Positions 48,612 through 62,608 of a stretch of DNA of 64,000 bases are shown piece after piece (the first letter of the stretch is position 1; each line of letters begins with the position of its first letter). Under the pieces are notes generated by a model. That model saw only the letters and a program-made list of their open reading frames with translations. It was not told where the DNA came from and did no database searches. The stretch covers positions 480,141 to 544,140 of the forward strand of contig JAEPOG010000004.1 of the NCBI GenBank assembly GCA_017643025.1, in the 5' to 3' direction. Source of the stretch: Rhizobiaceae bacterium. Lineage in GTDB: Bacteria > Pseudomonadota > Alphaproteobacteria > Rhizobiales > Rhizobiaceae. Both the position numbers and the translations under genes were made by a program.

Positions 48612-49097
48612 ATGAATTGGGCCGATATGTTTTTTCAGAACTGGCAGGGCATTGTTCGCACGCTCGCCGTCGGAGTGCTCGCCTATGCCTGTCTTGTCCT
48701 GTTTCTCCGCATATCGGGGAAACGCACGCTGGCCAAACTGAACGCCTTCGACCTGGTCGTCACTGTCGCACTCGGCTCGACGCTTTCAGCCATCCTGCTT
48801 CAGGAGAGCATATCGCTGGCGGAAGGTGCGACGGCGCTTGCGCTGCTCATCGTGCTCCAGTTCCTTGTGACCTTTGTCTCGGTCCGGTGGCCGCGTTTTG
48901 CGAAGATGGTTCGTTCCGATCCGAGTCTGCTGGTCCGCAACGGCGAATATTGTCATGCCGTGATGCGGCGCGAACGAATAACGAGTGACGAGGTCTTGAG
49001 CGCGATCCGCTCCAGCGGCGCGAACGACCTTGGCAGTGTCGCCGCGGTAGTGCTTGAAAGTGATGGAACCATCAGCGTCATCCCCTCACCAAGCTGA
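48612..49097 (+). CDS. DUF421 (YetF-like) membrane protein
   Basis: GKRTLAKLNAFD and LESDGTISVIP motifs; GGAGG RBS. Confidence 0.9.
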   Translation: MNWADMFFQNWQGIVRTLAVGVLAYACLVLFLRISGKRTLAKLNAFDLVVTVALGSTLSAILLQESISLAEGATALALLIVLQFLVTFVSVRWPRFAKMVRSDPSLLVRNGEYCHAVMRRERITSDEVLSAIRSSGANDLGSVAAVVLESDGTISVIPSPS

Positions 49098-49108
49098 ATG
49101 GCTACAGG

Positions 49109-49303
49109 CTAGTTGATCCACAAAAGCCAAACCAGCACCCCACCCAGACAGAGCGCGAAGCACGCTATGCCGCCAAGCACAAGGCCAGCGATACGATGCC
49201 GACGCCAGCGCCACGCGCCAACTGCCGCACCGATCACCAGGCCCGGCGAGCCGCCGATCAGCGCCAGCAGCACCAGATCGAAGGTTGAGAATATATCCGA
49301 CAT
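49109..49303 (-). CDS. Small 2-TM membrane protein
   Basis: Two hydrophobic helices flanking WRWRRHR; ATG abuts the upstream stop (TGAATG). Confidence 0.6.
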   Translation of the reverse strand: MSDIFSTFDLVLLALIGGSPGLVIGAAVGAWRWRRHRIAGLVLGGIACFALCLGGVLVWLLWIN

Positions 49304-49761
49304 TCACGCCGATTGTGCCGTCGTGCAGGCGCGAAAGGCCTGCACCTCGGGCGCCGCTCCGTCCAGCGGGAACGGGACCGCGGCATCGCCGGCGAGCGCC
49401 GTCGCCGTGCCGTTGAATTCGAGCCCGTTGAGCACATTTCCAAAACCGGTGTCGGTGACCGTGAGCGTGCGCCCGCTATTGCTGAGTGTCTGCCGGTTGG
49501 TGACGATGGTCTGCCCGCGCGGACCGTCGAACCGCATCGAAAAGATCGGCGCGTCGGGCCACGGTTCTGGCGCCGTCACAGCGATGGCGTAGGGTTCCGC
49601 GAGCCGCGGATCGAACGTGACGACAAGATCAGCCGACTCTGTTCCATGAGACAGCGTGCAGACGGGTCGGGGCGTGAATTCCCACCCCACCGCAGACATA
49701 GTCATGATGAGCAAGCTGATCGCTGCGCCAGCCGCGAAGAGCGGATGGGCGCACGCTTGCA

Positions 49762-49762
<1 letters not shown>
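49304..49762 (-). CDS. Exported hypothetical protein
   Basis: Signal-like N-terminus, WEF...CTL and FPLDGAA..V.AFRAC; TGATG overlap with uvrB. Confidence 0.7.
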
Positions 49763-52797
<3,035 letters not shown>

Positions 52798-52866
52798 GAT
52801 CGCAATATGGTCAGAGTCCCCGGCGAAGGGAAGGCCGGCAGGTGCATTCTGGCGCCTGCGAAACGC

Positions 52867-52892
52867 CATCCTGACAGAAGGCTGTCAGGATG
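52867..52892. terminator. Perfect 11-bp hairpin after the SBP gene
   Basis: CATCCTGACAG-AAGG-CTGTCAGGATG; weak U-tract. Confidence 0.55.
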
Positions 52893-52908
52893 ACGGGCAG
52901 ACTGCCAG

Positions 52909-54483
52909 CTACTGACCGACGTTAACCCAGCGCAGCATGAAGAAATTGTCCGGGCGCTGCACCAGCTCGACATTGTCACGCGCCGCCCATGCCAGCGGCT
53001 CGACATACATCGGCACGTAGACCATCTCGTCCTGGATGATGCCGGCAATCTCGTCGAGCATCGCCTGGCGCTTGGCGGGTTCCAGTTCGCTCTGCACGGC
53101 CGGCAGAAGCTCATCGACGCGCGCGCTTGAGAAGCCGCCGAAGTTCCACGTGCCGAGGCTGTCTGACGGCGTATGGACGAGGAAGCGAATCGGGTGCTCC
53201 GCGTCGAACGTGCCCGGCGACCAGCCGAGCAAATACATATCGAAGCGGTCCTCGCGCAGCTCCGTCCAGTAGTTGCGCACCGGGATCGTCTCCAGCTGGG
53301 CGTTCAACCCCGCTCGCTGCAGCATGCCGGTGATCGCCTGGCAGACTGCCTCGTCGTTGATGTAGCGGTCATTGGTGCAGCGCAGGCTGAACGAGAAGCC
53401 GTCGGCATAGCCCGCTTCCGCAAGCAGTGCGCTTGCCTGCGCCTCGTCATAAGCCGGGCGCTCGTCATGGGCCTGCGAATAGCCGGAAAGGCCTTCGGGC
53501 AGGAGCTGACTGGCCGGTTCCGCCATGCCCGACATGAGGATGGTATCGATCGCCTCGACATTGACAGCGTGGGCGACCGCCTGACGCACGCGGACGTCCT
53601 GGAACGGATTGACGTCCTCGGTTTCGAGAGATCCGTAGAGCGCGTCATGGTCATGGGCGAAGCCAAGCATGATCACGCGCGTCTCCAGCCCCTCGAATGT
53701 GCGAATACCGTCGATCGTGCGCAGCCGTTCGACATCCTGCACCGGAACTGTCTGCAGCATATCGATCTCGCCCGAGACGAGCGCCGCCAGCGCGGTCGCC
53801 GCCGAGCCGATCGGCGTGAACACCGCCTCGGTCACGTTGTGCTGCGGTTCGTCCCACCAGCCTTCGTTGACTGTCAGACTGGTACGCACGTCGGGCTCGC
53901 GCTCGTTCAGCTTGAACGGGCCGGTGCCGTTGGCGTTCAGAGTTGCGAAGGTCTCGGCGTCCTTGGCCGGCGTCACCGCGTTGTTCGCCTCGGCCCAGCC
54001 GCGATCCATGATCATCCAGTTGGCGATGCTCTCCGGGAACAGCGGGTTCGGCGCCTTCGTCACGAAGTCGACTGTGTAGTCGTCGACGACACGAACCTCG
54101 GCCACCGGCGCGAACCAGGAGCGCACATCCGACTGCTCCGAAGTGCCGCGTTCATAGGAGAACAGCACATCGTCGGCGGTGAAGTCGGCGCCATCGTGGA
54201 ACTTGACGCCCTGCCTGAGCGTGAAACGCCAGCCGTCCTCGCCCTCGAGCAGTTCCCAGCTGGTCGCCAGCGACGGCTCGATCTTCATGTCCGGTCCGCG
54301 ACGGACCAGACCTTCGTAGATGTTGTTCAGAAACGACGTGACCGGCGCCAGGTTCGCGGCGTGCGGATCCATCGTCTGCGGGTCGGTCGTCGCCGACCAG
54401 CGGAAGGTCTCGGCGCCCGCACTGCTCGCAAATATCGTCGTCAATGCCGCTGAGGCCAGCGCAATTGCCGTTCTCGAAATCAT
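52909..54483 (-). CDS. Family 5 (peptide/nickel) ABC substrate-binding protein, no adjacent permeases
   Basis: Signal peptide; IYEGLV...PSLATSW...LRQGVKFHDG and NGTGPF motifs. Confidence 0.92.
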   Translation of the reverse strand: MISRTAIALASAALTTIFASSAGAETFRWSATTDPQTMDPHAANLAPVTSFLNNIYEGLVRRGPDMKIEPSLATSWELLEGEDGWRFTLRQGVKFHDGADFTADDVLFSYERGTSEQSDVRSWFAPVAEVRVVDDYTVDFVTKAPNPLFPESIANWMIMDRGWAEANNAVTPAKDAETFATLNANGTGPFKLNEREPDVRTSLTVNEGWWDEPQHNVTEAVFTPIGSAATALAALVSGEIDMLQTVPVQDVERLRTIDGIRTFEGLETRVIMLGFAHDHDALYGSLETEDVNPFQDVRVRQAVAHAVNVEAIDTILMSGMAEPASQLLPEGLSGYSQAHDERPAYDEAQASALLAEAGYADGFSFSLRCTNDRYINDEAVCQAITGMLQRAGLNAQLETIPVRNYWTELREDRFDMYLLGWSPGTFDAEHPIRFLVHTPSDSLGTWNFGGFSSARVDELLPAVQSELEPAKRQAMLDEIAGIIQDEMVYVPMYVEPLAWAARDNVELVQRPDNFFMLRWVNVGQ

Positions 54484-54590
54484 GATTGCCTCCAATGTTG
54501 TTATCGGAATTGCGGGCAGGGGAACCGCCACCTCGACACGCCTTGTCGCGCGTCAGCCCCGCACAGGGAAATCACACCGGCGTTAGCGCC

Positions 54591-55061
54591 TCATCCCGTC
54601 TTGACCAGAACAGCGCTGTCGAAGGTCAACACCGGCGCGCCATCCTGATTGTGCGCTTCGCAACGGATGGTCAGGATACGCCAGCCGGGACGCGACGCCA
54701 TCGTTCGGTGACTGATGGCTGTGCGGGTAAAGGTGATGGTGTCGCCGGCATAGACCGGCTTCAGCCATTTCAGGTCGGTGAACCCCGGTGACGGGCCGAA
54801 TTCCGGCCTCGGCCCCGGTCCATTCCATGGCCGCGCGGCGGTATCCTCACGCTTTTTCAGATTGTAGCGCATCCACATCGACGCGGTATGCCAGCCTGAC
54901 GCGCACAGCCGGCCGAAAACGCTGCGCTTGGCCGCCTCCTCGTCGACGTGGAATGGCTGCGGATCGTATTTGCGCGCGAACGCCTTGATCTCGTCCGGCT
55001 CGAAAGTGTGCGACCCCAGCGTGATCGTCTCGCCCAGGCCGAAGAATGCGTCGAGGCTCAT
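54591..55061 (-). CDS. MaoC family dehydratase
   Basis: FARKYDPQPFH...ASGWHTA and LKWLKPVYAGD motifs. Confidence 0.92.
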   Translation of the reverse strand: MSLDAFFGLGETITLGSHTFEPDEIKAFARKYDPQPFHVDEEAAKRSVFGRLCASGWHTASMWMRYNLKKREDTAARPWNGPGPRPEFGPSPGFTDLKWLKPVYAGDTITFTRTAISHRTMASRPGWRILTIRCEAHNQDGAPVLTFDSAVLVKTG

Positions 55062-55519
55062 GCCGCTGCCTCGCGCTTGATGAACATGCCGGTATTTTCC
55101 AGTTCGAGCACCACCTCGCCGCGCTGGTTCGAAAGCTCGTGGCGCACGGTTACAAAGCCGAGATTCTGACGCGACGCGGATTCGCGCTTCGCCGTCACGG
55201 TCGAACGCCCGGTCAGCGTGTCGCCCGCAAGCACGGGCTTTTTCCAGCGTGCATAGGCGATGCCCGGAGAGCCCTGCGATGTCGAGTCGAGCAGGAAGCC
55301 GTCGCACATCATGCGCATGAACATACAGCAGGTATGCCAGCCCGACGCGGACAGCCCGCCGAGAATGCTTGCCTTGCCGGCCTCCTCGTCGAGATGCATC
55401 GGTTGGGCGTCGAACTGCGAGGCAAATTCGATGATTTCTTCCGCTGTCACCGACTTGGAACCGAGCTCAAGCACACCGCCTTCCTCGAAATCCTCGAAGG
55501 CCCACTTCTTTCCGTTCAT
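55058..55519 (-). CDS. MaoC family dehydratase
   Basis: FASQFDAQPMH...ASGWHTC and WKKPVLAGD motifs; ATGA overlap with its paralogue. Confidence 0.92.
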   Translation of the reverse strand: MNGKKWAFEDFEEGGVLELGSKSVTAEEIIEFASQFDAQPMHLDEEAGKASILGGLSASGWHTCCMFMRMMCDGFLLDSTSQGSPGIAYARWKKPVLAGDTLTGRSTVTAKRESASRQNLGFVTVRHELSNQRGEVVLELENTGMFIKREAAA

Positions 55520-55627
55520 CAGGTCAATCCTGTTCAGACTTGAACAATCATTGTGGGCGCGGGCGATGCTAAAGGCAATTCCCCCGGCAGTCATTGCGCC
55601 AACGGTTTCGGCCCTGTGGACGACCGC

Positions 55628-56248
55628 TCAGGAACCGAGACTGAAAATCCAGAATGTCGGCACCGCTACATAAAGCGCCAGCACGACAAGCAGCGCGAAT
55701 CGCAAGAGCCATGAGCGGTAGCGCCGGAACAGAATGACGACCAGCAGTACGCCGACCGCCGCTTCGAACAAGCCGAACCACTCGCCGTAATAACGGTTAT
55801 CCCAATAGGATACCGGAGAGCGGAACCGCCACTCCGTGAACGGCCACAGATGCATGTGCGCGTCGTCGCGGTGGCAGAGAAAGTCGATAAAGGAATGGAG
55901 CAGCGCCGAGGCCGAAAAGGCAAAGGCGAGAGGCGCGTTTCCTGCCCTATCGGCCAGCATATGGCCTTGGACATTCCGTTGCCGGCAGATGAGAGCTCCT
56001 GAGATGGCAGCCAATCCGCCCCAGATCCAGAACGAATGACCGAGTCCGTTGGCGATCTGCCACCAGTGCTCCCAGTAGATTTCGCGGAAGATCTCGTGGA
56101 AGGAATGGCCGCTCGTGCGCAATGCCCCGATGATGACGAACATCGGCAGGTCGGGCACAAGGCCGCCAGCCGCTGCGGCCCAGGCGACACGCGGCATCGG
56201 TTTGCCGAACAGCGCGGCACCCATAATGATGTGCGTCTGTGAATTCAT
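55628..56248 (-). CDS. Membrane metal-dependent hydrolase-like protein (YdjM-like)
   Basis: T-H, PD, HS and H..D..CH..DAH motifs with TM helices. Confidence 0.7.
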   Translation of the reverse strand: MNSQTHIIMGAALFGKPMPRVAWAAAAGGLVPDLPMFVIIGALRTSGHSFHEIFREIYWEHWWQIANGLGHSFWIWGGLAAISGALICRQRNVQGHMLADRAGNAPLAFAFSASALLHSFIDFLCHRDDAHMHLWPFTEWRFRSPVSYWDNRYYGEWFGLFEAAVGVLLVVILFRRYRSWLLRFALLVVLALYVAVPTFWIFSLGS

Positions 56249-56379
56249 GGGTCGCGGAACCTAGCGATCCAGCGGCGACAGGCAATCGCAATTGCTTGCG
56301 CCAGCTTTCCGGCGTCCAACTTACGCAGGCGCTCCCGAATGGTGCGGCTACAGCGTTAGTGTAACTCAGGCAGCAGGGA

Positions 56380-56574
56380 TCAGGCCGCTTTCTTGCGGGC
56401 CGGCGCCTTCCGCGCCTTCTTGGCGGGCCCGTTCTCGTTCGAAGCGATTGTCTCAGCAGCATACCAGTCGGCTTCGGCGGTGCCGTCGGGCTGGCCGGCG
56501 TCGAGCCAGAGCTGGTAGGCGATTTCGCGGATGCGTTCGATTGCGGGAGTGGCAGCAGGCTTCGTGGCGGGCAT
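56380..56574 (-). CDS. DUF2934 domain protein
   Basis: RIREIAYQLW..AG.P.G....DW..AE with a basic tail. Confidence 0.85.
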   Translation of the reverse strand: MPATKPAATPAIERIREIAYQLWLDAGQPDGTAEADWYAAETIASNENGPAKKARKAPARKKAA

Positions 56575-56654
56575 GGCTGAACCCTCGTTTGGACGACACA
56601 TCCTAACTGATTCCATGCTGCACTGCACTATCAGACATGAGGGGCCCGGCAGGG

Positions 56655-57758
56655 CTACGTGTTGAACTTGAACAGCATCACGTCGCCGTCCTGGACGACA
56701 TATTCCTTGCCTTCGTCGCGCGCCTTGCCGGCCTCCTTGGCGGCGACTTCGCCGCCCAGCGCGACATAGTCGTCATAGGCGATCGTCTGCGCGCGGATGA
56801 AGCCGCGCTCGAAGTCGGTGTGGATTTCGCCGGCAGCTTGCGGCGCCTTGGCGCCCTTGTGCACCGTCCAGGCCCGCGATTCCTTCGGCCCCGCCGTGAA
56901 GAAGGTGATGAGGTCGAGCAGGCGGTAGCCCTCACGGATCAGCCGGTCGAGCCCCGGTTCCTCGAGTCCCATCGCTTCCAGATATTCCTTCGCCTCGGCA
57001 TCTTCGAGTTGCGCCACTTCCGCCTCGATCGCCGCTGAAATGGCGACGGTGCGCGCGCCCTGGGCGGCAGCCATGTCTTCGACCGCCTTGGTATGGACAT
57101 TGCCGGTGGCAGCATCGGTCTCGGCCACGTTGCAGACATAAAGCACCGGCTTCGACGTCAGCAAATTGAGCCGCTGCAATATCCGCAGGTCTTCCGCCGC
57201 GATGCCTGGTAGCAGCAGCCGCACCGGCTTGCCGTCCTGCAGCAGCGCCAGCGCCTTTTCCATCATCGGCAGGACGGTCATCGCCTCTTTTTCCTTGCCG
57301 GTGGCGCGCTTGCGCGTCTGGTCGGTGCGCCGCTCCAGGCTTTCGAGATCGGCGAGCATCAGCTCGGTCTCGACCGTCTCCGCATCCGCCACCGGATCGA
57401 TGCGTCCCTCGACATGCGTGATGTCGTCATCCTCGAAGCAGCGCAGCACGTGCACGATGGCGTCGACCTCGCGGATATTGGCGAGGAACTGGTTGCCGAG
57501 CCCCTCGCCCTTGGACGCACCGCGCACCAGCCCGGCGATATCGACGAAGGAGATGCGCGTCGGGATCACTTCCTTGGACTTGGCTATCCCGGCGATCTTC
57601 GCCAGCCGCGGGTCGGGCACCGCGACCTCGCCGGTGTTGGGCTCGATGGTGCAGAACGGATAGTTCGCCGCTTGCGCCGCCGCCGTCTTGGTCAGCGCGT
57701 TGAACAGCGTCGATTTGCCGACATTCGGCAAGCCGACAATGCCGCATTTGAAGCCCAT
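56655..57758 (-). CDS. ychF: Redox-regulated ATPase
   Basis: GLPNVGKST, NYPFCTIEPN, DIAGLV and DGDVMLFKFN motifs. Confidence 0.98.
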   Translation of the reverse strand: MGFKCGIVGLPNVGKSTLFNALTKTAAAQAANYPFCTIEPNTGEVAVPDPRLAKIAGIAKSKEVIPTRISFVDIAGLVRGASKGEGLGNQFLANIREVDAIVHVLRCFEDDDITHVEGRIDPVADAETVETELMLADLESLERRTDQTRKRATGKEKEAMTVLPMMEKALALLQDGKPVRLLLPGIAAEDLRILQRLNLLTSKPVLYVCNVAETDAATGNVHTKAVEDMAAAQGARTVAISAAIEAEVAQLEDAEAKEYLEAMGLEEPGLDRLIREGYRLLDLITFFTAGPKESRAWTVHKGAKAPQAAGEIHTDFERGFIRAQTIAYDDYVALGGEVAAKEAGKARDEGKEYVVQDGDVMLFKFNT

Positions 57759-57857
57759 GGTGGTGAGGTTCCTACAGGGGTGGAAAATGTGCTCCGGCGT
57801 ATGGGCGAAACGAACGGTCAACGTCAAGGCTCCGGCCAGCCGATGCGCGGCGAGCCG

Positions 57858-58592
57858 TCAGTCTTTTCCGAACAACCTCTTCAGCATCGCAGCCATCGGG
57901 CCGGTTTCCGGCACCTTGACTTCCGGCTTCTTCGGCCGCGCCTGGCGGATATGGCTCTGGCCCTTGGCGGCGGGCTTGCCAGCCTTGCTGGCCGCCCTTT
58001 GCGCGGGCGCGCTTGGAGGCGCCTTGCCCTGCACGGCGAGGCTGACCTTGTTCATGAAGCCGTTGTCGTCGCCGGAAACCAGCATGGGCGCAGCATCGCC
58101 GATGGCGTCGAGCAGCGGCTCGAGCCATTCGGCATCCGCCTTGGCAAAGTCGCCCAGCACATGACCGTGAACCATCTCTTTCACGCCCGGATGGCCGACG
58201 CCGATACGCACGCGGCGGTAGTCCTTGCCGATGTGGGAATCGAGCGAGCGGATGCCGTTATGGCCGCCGGAACCGCCGCCGGTCTTCACCCGCACCTTGC
58301 CCGGCGCCAGGTCGATCTCGTCATAGAGAACGACAAGATCGGCCGGCGTCAGCTTGTAGAAGCGCATCGCCTCGCCGACCGCCTGGCCGGACAGGTTCAT
58401 ATAGGTCTGCGGCTTGATGAGGAGCACTTTGTCGCCGCCGAGACTGCCCTCGGCGATGAGGCCCTGGAACTTTTTCGACCAGGGCGAAAAGGAATGGCGG
58501 CGGACGATCGCGTCCGCCGCCATGAACCCGACATTGTGCCGGTTGTTCTCGTATTTCTGGCCGGGATTGCCGAGACCCGCGATGATGCGCAT
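57858..58592 (-). CDS. pth: Peptidyl-tRNA hydrolase
   Basis: GLGNPG, RHNVGF and GGHNGIRS motifs. Confidence 0.98.
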   Translation of the reverse strand: MRIIAGLGNPGQKYENNRHNVGFMAADAIVRRHSFSPWSKKFQGLIAEGSLGGDKVLLIKPQTYMNLSGQAVGEAMRFYKLTPADLVVLYDEIDLAPGKVRVKTGGGSGGHNGIRSLDSHIGKDYRRVRIGVGHPGVKEMVHGHVLGDFAKADAEWLEPLLDAIGDAAPMLVSGDDNGFMNKVSLAVQGKAPPSAPAQRAASKAGKPAAKGQSHIRQARPKKPEVKVPETGPMAAMLKRLFGKD

Positions 58593-58616
58593 GTCGTCTC
58601 CCGCCGGGCGCGGAGC

Positions 58617-59282
58617 TTACTCCTCGCTCTCGCCCTCTTCGCCTTCGGTCTCTTCGTCCTCGCCCTCTTCGGCTTCCTCGGCCTCGGCGGCTTCCTCTTC
58701 CTCGCTCTTCAGGCTGGCAGGAGCAGCCACGGTCGCGATGGTGAAGTCGCGGTCCGTGATCGTCGGCTTCATGCCTTCAGGCAGGGTAACTGCGGAGATG
58801 TGCACGCCGTCGCCGATGTCGAGCCCGTCGAGATCGACAGTGATGTATTCCGGGATCGCCGTCGCCGGCACCGTGAATTCCACCTCGTGGCGGACGATGT
58901 TGAGCACGCCGCCGCGCTTGATGCCGGGCGACTTCTCTTCGTTGATGAAGTGCACCGGGATGTTCACCGTCACGATCGAGTCCTTGCCGATGCGCAGGAA
59001 GTCGACATGCATGGTGAAGTCGCGGACCGGGTCGAGCTGATAGTCCCTCGGCAGGACCTGAATCTTCTCGCCACCGACGTCGATCGTCGCGAGCGTCGTC
59101 ATGAAGCCGCCAGCATGCAGCTTCAGGTGGACGTCCTTGTAGGGGAGCGAAATCGCAAGCGGGGGCTTGCTGTCGCCGTAGATGACGGCGGGTATCATGC
59201 CGTTGCGCCGAAGTGCCCGGGCGGACCCCTTACCGACCCGATCGCGCGCCTCGGCCTTGAGCTCGTAGCTCTCGTGGCTCAT
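58617..59282 (-). CDS. rplY: 50S ribosomal protein L25/Ctc
   Basis: [20 protein letters not shown] and HVDFLR motifs, acidic tail. Confidence 0.98.
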   Translation of the reverse strand: MSHESYELKAEARDRVGKGSARALRRNGMIPAVIYGDSKPPLAISLPYKDVHLKLHAGGFMTTLATIDVGGEKIQVLPRDYQLDPVRDFTMHVDFLRIGKDSIVTVNIPVHFINEEKSPGIKRGGVLNIVRHEVEFTVPATAIPEYITVDLDGLDIGDGVHISAVTLPEGMKPTITDRDFTIATVAAPASLKSEEEEAAEAEEAEEGEDEETEGEEGESEE

Positions 59283-59403
59283 GGCTGTTCCTTTCAACAA
59301 AGTCTGGAGCGTTCAGGGTGCAGCTTGCGCCCGAAACGTCGAAAGCGGCCGAAGCCGCCCTCCCCCGCGTTGCCTCCAAGGGTGTCTGCGCGGGTGGCGG
59401 CTC

Positions 59404-59430
59404 TATAGCGGAAGGGGTTGCGGGGTGCAA
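59404..59430 (-). promoter_or_regulatory. Housekeeping promoter for rplY
   Basis: TTGCAC-N15-GCTATA on the minus strand. The same layout occurs upstream of prs (62644-62669) and argG (32748-32774). Confidence 0.55.
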
Positions 59431-59514
59431 GACGCGGCTGACATGCGCCGGCGGCCTTGCATCGCGTGGTATCGGTCGCTCTTATGAGCGCATAGCACAG
59501 TGGAGACCAGACAC

Positions 59515-59922
59515 ATGGACCATTTCCCCAGCGGCTCGCGGCCGACGCGCAAAGCACCCTCGGACTGGTTCACCGGAACCGTCTGGCAGGACCCGATCGT
59601 CGAGACGCCCGAGCCGGCTCGCGTGCGGGCCGTGACGGTGCATTTCGACCCCGGCGCACGCACCAACTGGCACACGCACCCGCTCGGTCAGACGCTCCAC
59701 GTCGTGGCCGGTTTCGGTCTCGCGCAAAGCTGGGAGGGGACGCCGATCCAGCTGAAACCCGGCGACACCATCTGGATTCCGCCCGGCGAGAAGCACTGGC
59801 ATGGCGCCGCGCCCGGCAACCGCATGACACATATAGCCATCCAGGAGGCTCTCGACGGTAAGCCTGTCGACTGGCTGGAGCCCGTGACCGACGCGCAGTA
59901 CCAAGCAGCAGCAGGCGGCTGA
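59515..59922 (+). CDS. Cupin domain protein
   Basis: FTGTVW, PGARTNWHTHPLGQTL, EKHWHGA and HIAIQE motifs. Confidence 0.92.
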   Translation: MDHFPSGSRPTRKAPSDWFTGTVWQDPIVETPEPARVRAVTVHFDPGARTNWHTHPLGQTLHVVAGFGLAQSWEGTPIQLKPGDTIWIPPGEKHWHGAAPGNRMTHIAIQEALDGKPVDWLEPVTDAQYQAAAGG

Positions 59923-60046
59923 GCACGGCCGCTGGCTTGCCGGGAAACGACCGTCATTGTAACGTCATCGCGCGGGGGCATGGGTGGACTCCCCGCCGCA
60001 GGCTTCGGCCCAAGCTCCGCCCTTCGTATTCATTGCGGAGGGAACC

Positions 60047-60370
60047 ATGCCCCGTTCGATTGCTCCCCACAAAGCCCTGCAGCTTATGGAAACCGCCACG
60101 TTCCTCGATGTCAGGAAGGAACCGGCTCGGCTGGAAAGCGGCGAGACCATCAGCGGCGCGCGGCGCCGGCTACCGGGCGATGTCACGCAATGGCGTGAGG
60201 AGTTCACAGGCGAGCGTGTATTCGTTTTTTGCGTTCACGGGCACGAGGTAAGCCAGGGCGTCTGTGACGCTCTTCTCGCCATCGGCTGCGACGCGCATTT
60301 TCTCGAAGGCGGTTTCGAAGCCTGGCGTGCGGCCGGACTGCCGGTCGAACGGATCGGGCGCGACGCATGA
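60047..60370 (+). CDS. Rhodanese-like protein (ChrE-like)
   Basis: LDVRK, FCVHGHEVSQ active-site loop and LEGGFEAW. Confidence 0.85.
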   Translation: MPRSIAPHKALQLMETATFLDVRKEPARLESGETISGARRRLPGDVTQWREEFTGERVFVFCVHGHEVSQGVCDALLAIGCDAHFLEGGFEAWRAAGLPVERIGRDA

Positions 60371-61668
60371 GCACCTCCAAAGCGCCGCCGCCGATGGGAG
60401 AGCTGTTCCGCGTCTTCGGCCGCATAGGCGTGCTGTCCTTCGGCGGGCCTGCAGGGCAGATCGCGCTGATGCACCGCGTCTTGGTCGACGAAAAGAAATG
60501 GCTCGACGAGGCGCGTTATCTGCACGCATTGAACTTCTGCATGCTGCTGCCGGGGCCTGAGGCAATGCAGCTTGCCACTTATGCCGGCTGGCTGTTGCGC
60601 GGCGTCACAGGCGGGCTGATCGCCGGCCTGCTCTTCGTCCTTCCGGGCGCCGCGGTGCTCACCATTCTGTCGGCGCTCTACATGGCCTTCGGCGACGTCC
60701 CTGCCGTCGAAGGGCTTCTTTTCGGCCTCAAGGCAGCTGTGCTTGCGGTGGTGCTGGAGGCGTTGATCCGCATTTCCAAGCGGGCGCTGAAATCGGCGCG
60801 CGCGGTGTTGATCGCGGTGGTAGCGTTCGCCGGCATCGCCTTCCTGAAGCTCCCCTTCCCGCTGATCATCCTGCTTGCAGCCATCGCCGGCGCCCTCGCT
60901 CTGCCTGCCGCCGCAAATGGCGACATGGAGACAACGCTCGCCGATGCGCGCCGGCCCACCTTGCTCCGCTTCCTGACCACTACGGCCACATGGCTGGCGA
61001 TCTGGCTGGTGCCGCTTGGCCTGCTCATGTGGTCTTTGGGCGGAGAACATGTCTTCGCGGCGGAGGCGCAGTTCTTCTCGGTCATGGCGACTGTCACCTT
61101 TGGCGGCGCATATGCCGTGCTCGCCTACGTCGCGCAGCAGGCGGTCGAGGTCTATGGCTGGCTGCGGCCTGATGAGATGCTGACCGGGCTCGGACTGGCC
61201 GAAACCACGCCCGGCCCCCTGATCCTCGTGCTCGTCTTCGTCGGCATCCTTGCCGGCGCGCGGGAGGCCGGCATCGACCCGCTGGCCGGAGGCCTGATCG
61301 GCGCTGCGGTGACCTTGTGGTTCACCTTCGTGCCCTGCTTCCTGTGGATATTCGCTGGCGCGCCATACATCGAGACGGTACGCAACGTGCGTTGGCTTGC
61401 GTCAGCGCTTGCCGGCGTCACCGCGGCCGTGGTCGGTGTCATCGCCAACCTGGCGCTGTGGTTCGCTGTGCATGTGCTGTTCGGCGATGTAGGCGAGTTT
61501 GCCGCGGGGCCGATCTCGATCCCGCTTCCCGATCTAACGACTTTCGACCCGGCAGCAGCGTTGATCGCGATTGCGGCCGGCGTTGCGCTGCTGCGCTACC
61601 ACGTGAACCTGATTCTGCTGCTCGGATTGGCTGCCGCGGCCGGTGTGGCGGCCATGCTTCTTGCCTGA
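60367..61668 (+). CDS. chrA: Chromate efflux transporter (long-chain CHR)
   Basis: SFGGPAGQIA, LLPGPEA, TFGGAYAVL and ETTPGPL motifs. Confidence 0.93.
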   Translation: MSTSKAPPPMGELFRVFGRIGVLSFGGPAGQIALMHRVLVDEKKWLDEARYLHALNFCMLLPGPEAMQLATYAGWLLRGVTGGLIAGLLFVLPGAAVLTILSALYMAFGDVPAVEGLLFGLKAAVLAVVLEALIRISKRALKSARAVLIAVVAFAGIAFLKLPFPLIILLAAIAGALALPAAANGDMETTLADARRPTLLRFLTTTATWLAIWLVPLGLLMWSLGGEHVFAAEAQFFSVMATVTFGGAYAVLAYVAQQAVEVYGWLRPDEMLTGLGLAETTPGPLILVLVFVGILAGAREAGIDPLAGGLIGAAVTLWFTFVPCFLWIFAGAPYIETVRNVRWLASALAGVTAAVVGVIANLALWFAVHVLFGDVGEFAAGPISIPLPDLTTFDPAAALIAIAAGVALLRYHVNLILLLGLAAAAGVAAMLLA

Positions 61669-61675
61669 GGGTTCC

Positions 61676-62608
<933 letters not shown>

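Noticed and set aside
52867-52892. CTGTCA within the hairpin as a Pho box
   Set aside because: It is an inverted repeat rather than an 11-nt-period direct repeat, and it follows a stop codon; a terminator-like stem is the simpler reading.
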